The notes under the pieces are model-generated. The model made no database searches. It saw nothing but the letters and a program-made list of their open reading frames with translations, and was not told where the DNA came from. This document shows, in pieces, positions 24,845 through 38,236 of a stretch of 64,000 bases of DNA. Where the stretch lies: contig NW_027117347.1 of the NCBI RefSeq assembly GCF_038025025.1, forward strand, positions 744,001 through 808,000, written 5' to 3'. The position numbers and the translations under genes are program-made. Position 1 is the stretch's first letter. Each line of letters starts with the position of its first letter. This DNA is from Phyllosticta citribraziliensis (lineage: Eukaryota).

Positions 24845-27800
24845 GTTGCGGCCGGGCTGGCCCTCACGGGCCTGGAAATGTGTTGACCACCACGATTGCG
24901 GGTACTTGGAAAGGTTGTCCACGGACAGGCCAGGGACGCTGTGACGCAGGTAGTGAATGAGCGAGGCAGGGATGCGGGCCAACGTGAAGAATGTGGAGAG
25001 GATAGGTATGGCAGGGGAGCAGTAGAGCTTGAAACGAGAGAGAAACTAGAGAACAAGTAATGAGGCGGAGATGAGGCTAAAGAATGGCGAGTTGAGGGAG
25101 CATGGACGAGGGACGGAGCGTTTCATGACGTTGACGCCGTAGGGCTGACCAGACCGACTACTGCAACGGAACGGACGCCCGCACTCGCACTGGACTCGCC
25201 CCGTAGGTACCTTGCCGACGCGAGAGGCCGAGCTCGCTAGCCGCGACTCCCTCCCTACATCTAACAGTACGCCAGTCCTTCACTTCACCCTTGCTGCTCT
25301 CTTCATTCGCTCTTCTCCCTCGCCATCTCCACCGTCCAGACGCCCTGCTCCACAACCGTCTCACACTTCCTCGGCACGAACCGTCCCGCATGTCAACCGA
25401 AAGCAGCCGGGCTAAGCTTCTTTCTTTGCACCCGGGCCGTGCAGCCTACCTCGTACCGCCAATCGATTCTGAACAATCGACTTTCAATACTACGGAGATC
25501 CAATTTCGCTTTCTTTACTTATCTTGCGCCCTGACGTGCTCGCTTTGAACGGCAGTCCGTGTTGCCCTTCTTTGATTCTTCCGGAACATCGCCAAGTCCA
25601 GGTCGCCATTGCCAACGCACTTCTTTCGGCTCGGCAGAGTCATTTTTGCCGACACCGTGAGCCATGATCAAGTAGCAACCATCTCGATGATCACGGGAAT
25701 AGAACCGGCCGAGTCCTCATTGCACCTCTTCCTTCACGCACTACCCTCCGCTCGCGGTCGAACAGTCGAGGGGAATCATTTCCTGTTCGCCGCTGGAAAA
25801 GAGATGCGGCCCAAAGTTGCTCTACTGGGCAGGTGGCCTAAAACCCGTGTGTGACCGCCCATGGCATCTCGAACCGGCCTGCTATCGTGGAGCACCTTTT
25901 CCAGAAGGCCACCAAATGCAGTAACCTCAAGCGCTTGCCCCGCTGCTGTTGTTTGTAGTCCACAAACCTCGGCACTCTTCAAGCTCATTCAGGGCTTGAT
26001 CATCTGTCCTCCAACGCTTGTCAACCTGACCAGTGTCAGCAATTGGAAACAACAACTTCGTATCTTTGCAATCATGACGACACACGAATAGACGCTGGCC
26101 TAGTTCAAATTCAGCATTCACACCATCATTCGGGAGCAAGCAGACGGGCTCTAGACCTTTGTCTTTGAAATGCTGCATAAGCGAGCCACAAAGCTTTTCC
26201 CGTCCACAGTCTTTCACTATAGTCCAGTCGAGTCAGGAGCATGATTTGCGAATAATCCAAGGTTCGCCTAGCTCTGGGGCTGTCAAACTGAACATAGCAC
26301 ACCGCAATGCATGACATGCACATGCACAGAGCAACGCCTGTGCTGCCAAGTCCTCAGTCTATACCGAGAACAACAGGGTCAAGACACTGGTAATCTGATA
26401 ACAATCTCTTGTTCAAGAGCAAATCTGGTTCGGATCGCCGGCTCATAACGCAGGGCACCTTGGTCTGAACGAAGGGCTGAAGACGTTTGGGTTCCCCAGG
26501 TTACCTCAGGTACCATTCACAAACCACGTGAGCCACGGCACTAGTTCTGGGTGTGCAGCAAATGGCCGTTTGGATTCATAGCGATTCATTCGTGCTCGTT
26601 TAACGCGCCAGCAAGAAATATGCCTAGGCATTACGCCACCATCGAGAAGCGGCCTCATCCATACACCTTATGTCTCGACTATAGGAACGCTTCTTTGGAG
26701 CTCACTTTCCGACTCTTTCGTCGTTGACCAACTTTCACTTACATTGTGCAGAGCAGTTCGCAGACATCATCTGCAAAAACCAGCCAGCTCCAAGCTGGAG
26801 TCCTTCGCCACAAAGGTACAGCTGGTTGTACGGTTTGACGTGGCCATCACACAATTCGCTTCCCTCGTCTCGCGGAGCAAGAACCCTGGTTTGTCTGCCG
26901 TTTAGCGTCTGCGGAGTCTCTTGCCCTGAGACAAGAGTCTTTGAACAGATGTGCGAAAACGAGTCGTCATTCCACGGCGGAGCAGAATTTTAACTTGGCG
27001 ACTTGCTTCTGCCCAATCGATGACGGGCCTCCTGTACCGAGCCACCGGTCAAACTAAACCGCTACAATAAGGTTGCGCTCAAGCTTCCGCGTGGGAAGGC
27101 AACGCGGTTGACGTCTCGCGTGCAGAATTCGGAATGGCATCAAATCAGCCAATGCCTGAACTGTAGCCACTATTGCTCTACAATTTTTCGTCGCGAAGGT
27201 CTTACTCGGGAACGTTTAAGGAAGAAGTAAAAGCGAAGTGCGAGGATATCAATGTCACGGTAGATCCCGTACGCCCGTCGGCAAATACGATGTCTGGCAG
27301 TAGTGGCCTGCAGGACCAGTGGCAGGATTCCCATCTATGTTGAACAGAGCTAACGAGATTCGCAGTTCTATGAGGGGAGGCTCACATCTTGAAAGATTCC
27401 ACCAATTGAATCAAAACCGCAACTCAAGCAGTTTGAACTACGGTTAGAGCACGTTGCGACTGCGTCAGACTCGGTCCGCCGGCGTCCGCTTCGTACTCGA
27501 CCATCTCATTTCCTTGTCATGGGGTCAATTGCATAGCCCTCCTTCTCCCAATGATACGGATGTCACCTCGCCACCCAAGCTGGTTTGATTGAACACGAAT
27601 GGCTTCTCTTACAGTAGCGGTTCATCCCTTTGAGCGGCAGCAGGTGAGGACCAAACGCGTGTACAGACATGCTAAGCTGACTCGCCAGCTTGGTGTTCAA
27701 TGGGCCGGAAGGTCCAGGAGAAGCCTTGGTTGATGGATTTAGCTGCAAAGACCAGGATTCTTCCCCGCGTTTTGCTCAGCATTAGCCTTTACCCCACACC

Positions 27801-28962
27801 CAGCCACCACACCCCAGTTTTGGCCTACGCTGCCGGGCCCGCCCAAAACCTTAACTTCAGGATGGTGCTGTTCAGCATGTTGCAAGTGGACAACAATGGC
27901 GGGCGAAACCGACCCTAAGCGACGTGGGCGGTTGATCAGGACTTCTTCTTCCGACGTATCCTGTCATGAGGGTACACAAAATTGGAAGAGAGGGCAAGCT
28001 TAATGCGGGGAAATAAGCTGAGGCGCCTCCCGCTAGAAGCTCCCCCTGTCTCCCGCGACTGGGGTTTGACGTCTGTGGGGAATTCCGGGTACCCGCTGCA
28101 TGGGACTGACATATTTGAATGCGGGGCCGGAAACACCCAGTGAAGCCTCAGTGTGGTCAGAGAAGTCTTCAAAGCTAATAAACGGTGGCCATTCGACAGT
28201 AATCGGTGTTCTCGTCGAAGCTGTATGCTGTTCTCTCCGTCATTCCTCCAACACAGCCGCGCATACAACCGCTGGCAAGTGGGTCTAAGGGGGTCTGCAG
28301 AGCTAGCTCAAACAGGGGTAGCTGCGTATGATCACTCAGGGTGGCTACTCGGGTGGCTTAGGGAAAAAGACATGGCTCATCCTTGCCAGTATCAACTCCA
28401 CCTCAACTCCACTTCAAGTCAAGCCGCAGGAGGACTTTGCTAGAAATCACTTGGAAGCCATCGTATGGGGCAAGGCTTGTCGACCTTGGCACCAACAAGT
28501 CGACAGGAACGTCAGAGACCCGGGAAACGGCTTGCGGCATGTCACGTCCCAGGGGTCCATCTCTCCAGTAAAATGCCGCCAACCTCGAAAGCGCCGGCCA
28601 CTCCCAGTTTCAACCCTGCTTCTGGAGCGGGGGCACAGGGCTTGTGCGGCGCTCAGAAGGACTTCTGGCTGGCCTGGCACAGTCTCCACGCATCAGCAGG
28701 AGCAGTAGGCGCTCCCCATGCCATCCGGACCTCGACAAGATAACTCTTGGGCTCACAGGGTTGATACTGGCCCTTTGTCAGCCGCTCGCCGCTGCTTCCT
28801 TCGTGCCGAAGATCGAACGAGCGGGGTTGCTGAGGAGATAAATATGGCTCCGCACCTTGCATCTGTCTTTGATCTAGGCCTGGGTCGAATTCTGTGAATT
28901 GCCCTCCTGCTTTTTGACACAACTTTGCACTTTTCTCCTAGTTTGTTTCAACAAGATTCATC

Positions 28963-31380
28963 ATGACGATTCCAGACGAGGTTGACATTATTGTCGTCGG
29001 TGGCGGCTCTTGCGGGTAAGACGTGCTGAACCAGTAACTCCCACACCCACGTCTAACAATGATGGCAGCTGCGTGGTGGCTGGCCGGCTGGCCAATTTGG
29101 ACCACAGCCTTCAGGTGATGCTCATTGAGGGCGGTGAGAGCAACCTGAACAATCCTTGGTAAGTCGAAAGTTGGTCGATGATTTGGAACCGGAGCTGACT
29201 TTGGAAAAGGGTGTATCGACCTGGTATCTACCCACGGAACATGAAGCTCGACAGCAAGACTGCTTGCTTTTATGAATCTCGTCCCTCCGAGTGGCTTGCT
29301 GGTCGTCGGGCTGTCGTTCCTGTTGCTCACGTCCTGGGAGGCGGCAGTTCCATAAACTTCATGATGTACACCCGTGCCTCGGCTTCAGATTACGATGACT
29401 TCCAGGCAAAGGGATGGACCACCAAGGAGTTGCTCCCTTTGATGAGGAAGCACGAGACTTACCAACGTGCCAGTAAGCTTAGAGCCCCCACGAGGTAACG
29501 TTCTCAACTGACGGCGCAGGCCAAAACCGGGATATCCACGGATTCGAGGGCCCCATCAAGGTTTCATTCGGCAACTACACTTACCCGATCATGCACGACT
29601 TTTTGCGTGCCGCTGAATCGCAGGGAATCCCGACCACTGACGACCTCCAAGACCTCGTCACTGGCCACGGTGCTGAACACTGGCTGAAGTGGATCAATCG
29701 GTATGTCTTCTTGCGTCGTCTAGTTTCGCAAGCTAATATGGTGTCAGTGACACTGGGCGCCGATCAGACTCGGCCCATGCCTACATTCACTCGACTCGGT
29801 CCCACTACTCGAACTTGCACCTTGTGTGCAACACCAAGGCCGACAAGGTGGTCATCGAGGGCGACCAAGCCACTGGCGTGCTCACCGTCCCCACGAAACC
29901 CCTATCCCCTGACCAGAAGCCTAAGCTCTACAAGGCTCGCCGGCAAATCATCGTCAGCGGCGGCACTTTGAGCTCGCCTTTGATTCTCCAGCGCTCTGGA
30001 ATCGGTAATGCCTACCATGTGCGTTTGTGCCCTGGGACGATTTTATTGACAGGATGCAATAGGTGACCCGGAGAAGCTCCGCAAGGCTGGCGTCCGCCCC
30101 ATCGTCAACCTCCCCGGTGTTGGTCTCAACTTCCAGGATCACTACCTGACCTTTGCACCTTACCGTGCGAAACCGGACACCGAGTCGTTTGACGATTTTG
30201 TCCGCGGTGACCCGATCGTGCAGCAGAAAGTCATTGATCAATGGTCAGTTGTTTGCATATGCTTGCCGAGAATGTTACTGATGTTTTACCAGGAACCTCA
30301 ATGGCACTGGACCCATGGCCACCAACGGCATCGATGCCGGTGTCAAGGTCCGTCCTACTGAGCAGGAGTTGAAGTGGATGGACTCTTGGCCGTTCCCCGA
30401 ATTCAGATCGGGATGGGAGAGCTACTTCAAGGACAAGCCCGACAAGCCCGTCATGCACTACTCGGTCATCAGCGGCTGTAAGAAGTCTTCTTCTTTGCCT
30501 TCCCGACCTCAGCTAACACTGCAACAGGGTATGGCGACCACATGCTCATGCCGCCGGGCAAGTTCTTCACCATGTTCCACTTCCTGGAATACCCCTTCTC
30601 GCGTGGGTCGACGCACATCACGTCTCCCGACCCATACGAGACGCCCGACTTCGACGCAGGCTTCATGAACGACCGCCGCGACATGGCGCCCATGGTCTGG
30701 GGCTACATCAAGTCGCGTGAGACGGCGCGCCGTATGGACGCGTACGCAGGCGAGGTGCAGAGCATGCACCCCTTCTTCCCGTACGACAGCCCGGCGGGTG
30801 CCAAGGACATGGATTTGGCGACGACCAACGCGTATGCTGGACCCAACCACTTGTCGTCCAACATCACGCACGGCAGCTGGAGCCGCAAGCTCGAGCCGCC
30901 GGCGAAGGCTGCACCTGAGGTACACCTCAATAACAACAAGGCGCACATCCGCGGGGATCTCCCGTACAACAAGGACGATCTCCTTGCTGTCGAGGAGTGG
31001 GTCAAGCGCCACGTCGAGAGCACCTGGCACTCGCTCGGTACTTGCTCCATCGGCCCGCGTGGCGGCAACAGCATCGTCAAGCATGGTGTCCTCGATGAGC
31101 GCCTGAATGTCCACGGCGTCAGGAACCTCAAGGTTGCTGACTTGTCCGTCTGCCCCGACAACGTCGGCTGCAACACGTAAGTTCCTCTCTACGCTTCCTC
31201 TCCTCTTGCCCAAGAACCATTCAGCTAACACTTGCTGCTAGTTACTCGACTGCCCTCCTCATCGGCGAGAAGTGTGCCGTTCTCACCGGCGAGGACCTCG
31301 GCTACACTGGCGCCGCTCTCGACATGAAGGTGCCCAACTACCACGCCGTGAGCGAGGTCACGCACCTGTCGCGCTTGTAA
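28963..31380 (+). CDS. AOX: Peroxisomal alcohol (methanol) oxidase, GMC oxidoreductase; about 9 exons
   Basis: DIIVVGGGSCGCVVAGRLA FAD motif, LGGGSSINFMMYTR, STWHSLGTC and DNVGCNTYSTALLIGEK. C-terminal PTS1 SRL-TAA; 8 canonical introns. Confidence 0.95.
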
Positions 31381-32280
31381 GCGCTTGAGTGTCTGCAAGA
31401 ACGGTCGACCCCATGTCGAAGGAGGTTGTTGACGATGACGACGCTGTGAATGAGTTGATGTTGACGAGTGATGAGGAGAAAGCGGTGTTGTCTTGTTGTT
31501 GTGAGCCGGGTTGAAGTGTCGATGATGAGGTCGTGTTGGAGGAGGAGGAGGAGGAGGAGGTCGCAAAAGTACCGCTTGCCGCCGCTGCCGTCTTTTCGCC
31601 CCTATCCGTTACGTACGTCGTCGGTTATCTGCTTTCACCCACTGCAAAGTGCGGTCACGAACCAAACACAATATTGAAAGCGAGGAGGACGTCAACCGCA
31701 ACCGGTTGACTGCACAAACCTTGTCCCCAAGCCCCACGCACCCCCTTCCCTGTCTCTTTACATTTCTACTTCAATGATACTATGATGATGGCTTCCCGTC
31801 GGTCTCTTCCCTCGGCGCCGCGCTTTGCCTGTGTGCGTTTTGGAATGGCTGTCGTTTTCAAGGCTTGGCTTGTTGTGGTGGTTTCGTTGGTGGTGTGGTA
31901 TGTAGTCTATTCAGCAAGTGGAGTTGTCTTTCTGCGGACTATTTCGCCGATGCTCAAGTGTGTGTACACTGCGCTGATGCAAGTCCTGTTGTACCATGGC
32001 GAGATGTTAGACTGGCCATGTATTGCTCTCAGCCAGCCCTCCGACAAACTCTGCAGGCACCAGATTGGGGGATTGTATGAAGTCCACATGGCAGAACGCG
32101 GGGAAGCGATGAACAAAAAGTAAGTGATGCTTTTGCAGAGTGCTAGCCACTCGATATGGAACCCGAAGACTACCCAACCAACCCATGTATATACACCGAA
32201 CCCCTTGTAAATGCGAAAGCTCTCGACCCTGCCAAACTTCTCTAAATCTCCTCCATACTCCGTCTCCCACGTCCCGATGC

Positions 32281-35200
32281 TCACGGGTCGACCTTGAACT
32301 TCATCTTGACGCCCATGGCCGCCAGCTCGACATCCAAAAACCGCAGGACGCCCGGCACGGCAACGACAGCCACGTCCTCGCCGCCGACCCACCGGACGCC
32401 GTGGCCGTCCTCCCAGACCTCGCTCTTGGGCTCCCAGCCCTCGGCGCGGTGCGCGCAACGCCTGCATCGGGTGAAGCCCGAGCCCTTGCGCATGCGGCCG
32501 TAGAGGCCGACCGTCGGCGCCGTCGACAGGAAGCTGCCGCACTGCCGGCAGATCCAGGCCTTGGCGTAGTCGGAGCAGTTGAGCAGACGGTCCTGCAGCA
32601 GGTGCGCCGTGCCGTGGGCCAGCAGGGCGTCGCGCTCCATCTCTCCGACACGGATACCACCACCCTTTTTACGGCCCTTGATGGGCTGGCCCGTGAGCGC
32701 GTTGGTTGGACCTGTCGTGCGCACTTGGTACTTGTCGTTGACCATGTGACGCAGACGTTGGTAGTAGACGACGCCGATGTAAATGTCGGCGTGCAGTTCT
32801 TGACCAGTGATGCCACTGTACATGGGCTCGTTGCCGTAGTAGTTGTAGCCGGCGGACTTGAGCTGGTTGCCAAAGTAGTCGACCGCGGTGTTCTCCTCGT
32901 CGAAGTGGAATGGCGTCGAATCTTGTGCGAGGCCGTGGAGGGCACCAGCCTTGCCAGCGAGCGACTCGACAAACATACCAATGGTCATACGGGACGGGAA
33001 AGCGTGAGGGTTGATGATGACATCGGGCTGCATACCCGACTCGCTGAATGGCATGTCGACCATGGGCCACTTTTGGGACATGACACCCTTTTGGCCGTGA
33101 CGGGAAGAGAACTTGTCACCAATGACGGGAGAACGAGGGATGCGAATCTTGATGCTGATTGCCTGGAAAGGGTCGTTGCCGCCCTCAGTGCCAAGGAGAC
33201 GGACTTCCTCAATGAATCCGTCTTCGTCGTCCTTGTATTTTTCAAAGTGGGTTTGAGCGTCGCGGTTGACGTAGGTATTTGTGGCCGAGTCGAGAGAAAC
33301 ATTGTGGTAGGCGCAAAGAATATCGCCCTTCTGGACCAGAGTACCGATAGATGGAAGACCGTCATCGTCGAGCTTGGTCCGCCACTCGGCCTTGATGAGG
33401 CCGTCTGGAGCAAAACCGAAGAGCTGCGTGATGTTCTTGCTTCCCTTGTTGCGTGCATTCTCGCTCAAATCGACCTTTTTCGTCTTGTAGATGGTACCGT
33501 GTCCGAAACCACGCTCATGGGCCGACTTGTTGATAATCATGGCGTCGTCCATGTCGTAGCCGGTGTAAGAAATGACAGCGACAACGGCGTTCATTCCGTT
33601 GGGGAAGTTGTCAAGGCCATACTCGTTGTGGAGTGGCGGGCGGACCACCGGAGTCTGGCCAGTCTGTAGCCTGTACGCCTTGTTGTCCGTACGGTAGTGG
33701 AGCGACGTTCCCGGAGTACCCATCGACTGCTTACCCATCTGACACTGGTACATGTTACGAGGCGACTGGTTGAAGTCCGAGAAGGGCGTCTGGTTGGCAA
33801 CAATGGAGAGAATGTTCGTAGGATCGTACTCTACGTGTGTAGAGTCACCAGAGACGATTTCCGGTTCCGTGCAAGCAATCGACATGAATGGTTGTTCGAA
33901 AGGACCGACGTAGTCAAGCTTGCCAAGAGGCAGGTACTTGACTGGCCTATACATACGGGCAGATTGGGAGAACATATATACACCGGGGTACTGACCGCCG
34001 GTAGAGCTTGGGATGTAGCCAATCTCAAGTTCCGTGGGGACGCCGTGGCTTCCCTCGACCTTCCAGTATCGAATGGTGTCCGCAATCACCTTGGATTGCG
34101 CAGGAGAGCAGAATCCCAGTAGACGGCCGTCGAGCTGGACAACGACACTGTCCTCCAATGTGGCGGCAGAAACGCTCGAGACACCAAGTTGTGCCACCAG
34201 GCTGGGGATGGCCGAGGCATTGACGTCGGAGGTGGAAATCTTGCAACAGTGCGCAAGATGGTTGAGCAGACCACAAGGACCACCATCGGGAGTGTGTACA
34301 GGGCAGAGGAAACCCCAGCTCTCTGGCAAGAGTTTTCGGACCGTGGTTGTCTTCAACTCGGCGAAGAAGCTGCCTCTGTGGACCATGCGGAAGTGCGAGA
34401 TGAAACGGTAAAAGTTGATCTTTTCCGCGACGACGGTGTAACCAGAAGTCTGTTGAAGATCGAGGCCACTGGTACTGACAAGGTTGCCAGTGGAAAGGAA
34501 GTATTCCAGAGCATTTCCAATGTTCTCGTTTGTCCGTCTCACTATCCTGCCGATGAATTCCTTGTGAAAGTCCTCGTCCGTGAATGGTCTGTTGCCCTTG
34601 GACCGAGACCAGTCTGCCGCAGCTCCGCGAATGGACATGAGCCAATCCTCAATCTTCTCCTTGATGATCATGCCGTAGAGGAAACCACCGAGAAGAATTT
34701 CCTGGTTCTGTACGGCATCGGGGTTGTCCACCGTGCATTCGCCCTCGACAAGCGAGTAGAGTTTCCTGACCATGAAGAGGAGCATTTTGAACTTGTCGGC
34801 ATCTTGGCTCTCGGTGACGTTTGAGGATCCCAGGTGCGGCAAGACAATTCTCCTCAAGAACTCGGTACCAGCGTCCTCGTCCGTCGTGTCGTCTGGAACT
34901 CCGAGCACCACCTTGAACTTGTTGCCAAGATAGGCCCGCGTCTTTGCCTTGGAATGCACACCGTACGCCTTGTACGTGCGGAGCAACAGTTCCACGCGGT
35001 CAGTCACAAACTGTTTGTCTGTCAGACCCTTGGAGTTGGCCTTTCCAACCAGGCCCTCGAAAATTTCCCTGTCGTTGGTCTCGGCCAATGCCTTGAGAAT
35101 CATCATGACGGGTATCAAGTATTCGTTCTTTCTCCACGAGAAGCGGAAGGTGACGTTTCCATCGCTAAGGTAGTGTAGCACGTTTGTTTGCGACGTCTGA

Positions 35201-35983
35201 TCAGGGCGCACCGAGCGGATCTGGATACCGAACTTGGTGTACGACGGACCGCGATTTGTGAAGGAGGGCCGGATGATGGCCATGGGGAAGTTGCGCTTGC
35301 CAACAATGAGCATTCGAATGAGCTTTTCGTTGCCGTTGACGATGAAGTAACCGCCCAATTCCTCAGTCTCTTCCTTGGCGTCAACCAGCTGGGCCGGGGT
35401 CATGTTTTGCAGGTGGCACTTATTTGTCTGCTTGCCGTTAGCAAAGAGTGACTTCTGAAGGTGCACACAAACATACCCTGAGCATAATGGGCACCTGTCC
35501 CAGCTCACGGATCGACTCGTGCCATTCGCCATTGTTGACGCGCCACTCCAACCTGGCCCTCAGCTTTCCTCTGTAGGTACAATGCCTCTCACGGCACTCG
35601 GACGGCAGGATGTTGCGGTTCTTGACGGAAAATTTGTTGGTGGCAGGTAGGGCGGATTTGTCCAAAAAGACGTCGCTCACGCGCAGGCTCAGACGATTGC
35701 GGGGAGCTTCGCGGTCCTCGGGCTTCAGGTATGGGTCGCCGTCGAGAAAGGTCTTGATTCCAATGTCCTTGAGACCCCTGTCGATGAGTCCATTCTTTAC
35801 GAATATGGCATTGAAGGAGTCGATGTGCGGTTCGATGGCAGCAGCAAGGGCCGGGTACGCGGTATGGTCGGTGGGCGGGTTTTGGAAGAGCTTGTGCCTG
35901 CGCACAGTGTCGTATTCGGTGGACCACTTTGTGTTGGTCTTGGACCTGGAGCTGTGACGCGAGGGGGCCGCGGCGGGGGCCAT
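32281..35983 (-). CDS. RPA2: RNA polymerase I second-largest subunit; 2 exons
   Basis: GGYFIVNGNEKLIR, FISHFRMVHRG, GDKFSSRHGQKG, NPHAFPSRMTIG, YQRLRHMVNDK and GGIRVGEMERD, plus a C-terminal zinc finger. Intron 35476-35428. Confidence 0.97.
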
Positions 35984-36700
35984 TGCTGCCGTGGTGAGGG
36001 AGGGAGAGAAAAAGTACTGGGGTGCTGGGATGGCGGGCCGCGCTGAGGGAAATGGCGCGGCGGTGGAGCAGCCCAGGGCGCAGGGCGAGGGAAGCAGCAG
36101 CGGCGGCGGCGGCGGTGGAGGGCCAAAAAGCACGCTGAGCCTGGCAATGTATGGGGTGCCGTGGGCGTGGGCGTGGAGGAGGGCGTCGTGGATTGAGGGT
36201 TCAAGAAGCAAAGGAAGCACTTTTTCAAAATCAACCGCGGCGCCACGGGCACGGGCCACGCGTGGGTGACGGGCAGTCCGTCTTCCCGCAAATCCAAAGC
36301 CAAAGCGGTGCAGCTCCGCGCCGCCCACGCCCACGCCCACTGGACCTGGCTGCAAATGGCTGTGTCGCTCAGTCCAGCGTCTCTTCTCTGCAACAAGCTC
36401 TGCTCCATTTCTAACTGCTAAGAGCTTACGACACCCGTACCCGACCGTCGCCCTGCCGCCTCGCCCAACAGCACAACGCATCCCCCCAGCGGCCAACCAA
36501 AGCGCCAGCGAGCTCGACTGGAAGCCCCGCACAGCCAGGCCATCCCGGGCTCACTCGTCGCCTTCGTCCTCGCGCTCCCACCAGCGACGGGCTCTCCCGC
36601 TCCGCAGCATACCTACCTGACCTGACCTGACCTACCTTAGCTGCGCTGCGCTGCGCTCTGCTGTTGCCAACTCTACTGAAAGAAGCCTCTGCCCTTCGCC

Positions 36701-37725
36701 ATGGCTGGCTTCTTTAGACGCATCTATGATTGGCTGCTGCGCCTATTTTGGTGAGTCCATGTCCCGTCTGCTCGCATCACGTCGTCATGTCCGCCAGCCT
36801 TCGGCCCGCCCAGCCTGCTCGGCCTCTTGTCGCCTCGTGCAGTGCAGTGCAGTGCAGTCCAGTCCACTGAGACAAGCTCGACTCTGTGCTGTGCTAACCA
36901 TGATGCCTTTGTGTCCACCAGGGCGACCGAGATGGACATTACCATGATCGGGCTGCAAAACGCCGGCAAGACGTCGCTGCTGAGGGTTCTGGCGGTGAGT
37001 ACCACAATGCCCATGGATGGTAAATAATCAGAGCACTGACGTGACCAGGGCGGCGAGTTCACAATCGAGTGAGTGCACCAGAGACCCCTTCCTTCAGCTG
37101 TGTGACGGCGCTGGCACGCGTCCATGGGCAAATTTCGGCTGACGCTCCAACTTGCAGCTCGATTCCCACCGTGGGCTTCAACATGAAGCGAGTCCAAAAG
37201 GGCCATGTGACCTTGAAGTGGTATGTATTGCAAGGATGTTTCCGAGGGCCGTCATGTGCCTTGCCCAATACGCAAGCTGGGCCGGCGGCTGCTGAAAGCA
37301 TCGGATGCTGATTCTTTTGGGCACATCAGTTGGGACCTCGGAGGCCAGCCAAGGTTTCGCTCCATGTGGGAGCGGTACTGCCGGGGCGTCAACGCCATCG
37401 TGTATGGTCCCTCTCAATGTCGTCGGCATTCGTCGTGCTCATTGGTCGCAGATTCATAGTCGATTCGGCCGACAAGGACGCGCTGCCGGTTGCTCGAGAG
37501 GAGTTGCATCTCTTGCTTGAGAAGCCCAATCTGGAGGGCATTCCGCTACTGGTGCTTGGAAACAAGTCTGATCTGCCAGACAAGGTTTCGGTCGACGAGC
37601 TGATCGAGGCCATGGACCTGCGCTCGGTATCACATCGCGAAGTGAGCTGCTACGGCATCAGCGCAAAAGAAGAGACGAACCTGGACGCGGTTCTGCAGTG
37701 GTTGATTGCCCGTGCCAGCAGATAA
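36701..37725 (+). CDS. ARL8: ADP-ribosylation factor-like GTPase 8; 6 exons
   Basis: Spliced product [35 protein letters not shown]...IPTVGFN...[19 protein letters not shown]...LGNKSD...ISAK. Confidence 0.95.
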
Positions 37726-38236
37726 CGTGAGAGCGCGCACGCCTCCAAGTCCGACCGCGACGTCGTTTGCGCATGGGCCGAGCGATTCGGCGATGATCAT
37801 GACCAACCCATCCACACCTCTAGCCTACCATGGATACGGCTGTCAGCTTTATACGACATGTGGTAACGAGACACGACGTGACGGAAAGAGAAAGCAAAGG
37901 CCAGCAATGGTCGCCCACTTTGATTCTTCATCTCCTCGAGCGCAAGCGTTTCCTTGTATTTTAATTCGACTTTGGCTTGCTTGAGCTTGGAAACTGTGGA
38001 TTGGAACGAGAGTGGCGCAGGCGATCAAAGGAGAATTGCTCGATTGGGATGGTGGCGGCCAAGGGAGGTTGGTAGAAGTTATTCAGTATGTCTTCCGGTA
38101 GCATGCAAGAGGCATTCCTAGGGAGGCGGCGTGGCACGGCCGGCCAGCCAGCCAGACCGAGCGGACGTCGTGGGAGCTTGAGAGCAATGTAGGCCAGATG
38201 GGTTTCCAGCATGAAGCAGACGAGACCAAGTGACGA

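Noticed and set aside
27575..27701. Two 9-bp inverted matches (CCAAGCTGG/CCAGCTTGG, ATTGAACAC/GTGTTCAAT)
   Set aside because: Their order does not form a nested hairpin or terminal inverted repeat, and such matches are plausible by chance in 64 kb.
25200..28900. Search for tRNA, 5S rRNA, snRNA, TPP riboswitch or transposon in the longest intergenic region
   Set aside because: No diagnostic motifs, terminal repeats, transposase ORF or AT-rich RIP block were seen by eye; a covariance-model scan would be needed to exclude ncRNA.
29016..29068. Possible nested twin intron (stwintron) in AOX intron 1 (internal CAG followed by TAAC)
   Set aside because: The internal intron would be only about 19 nt; a single canonical intron explains the frame.
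32140..33669. 509-aa antisense ORF over RPA2, and similar antisense ORFs over the SH3 gene and YCS4
   Set aside because: These are codon-bias shadow frames of conserved genes.
35984..36532. Long in-frame upstream extension of RPA2 from a GTG
   Set aside because: This is GC-rich, low-complexity divergent-promoter sequence with no ATG or homology cues; the ATG at 35983 fits the family.
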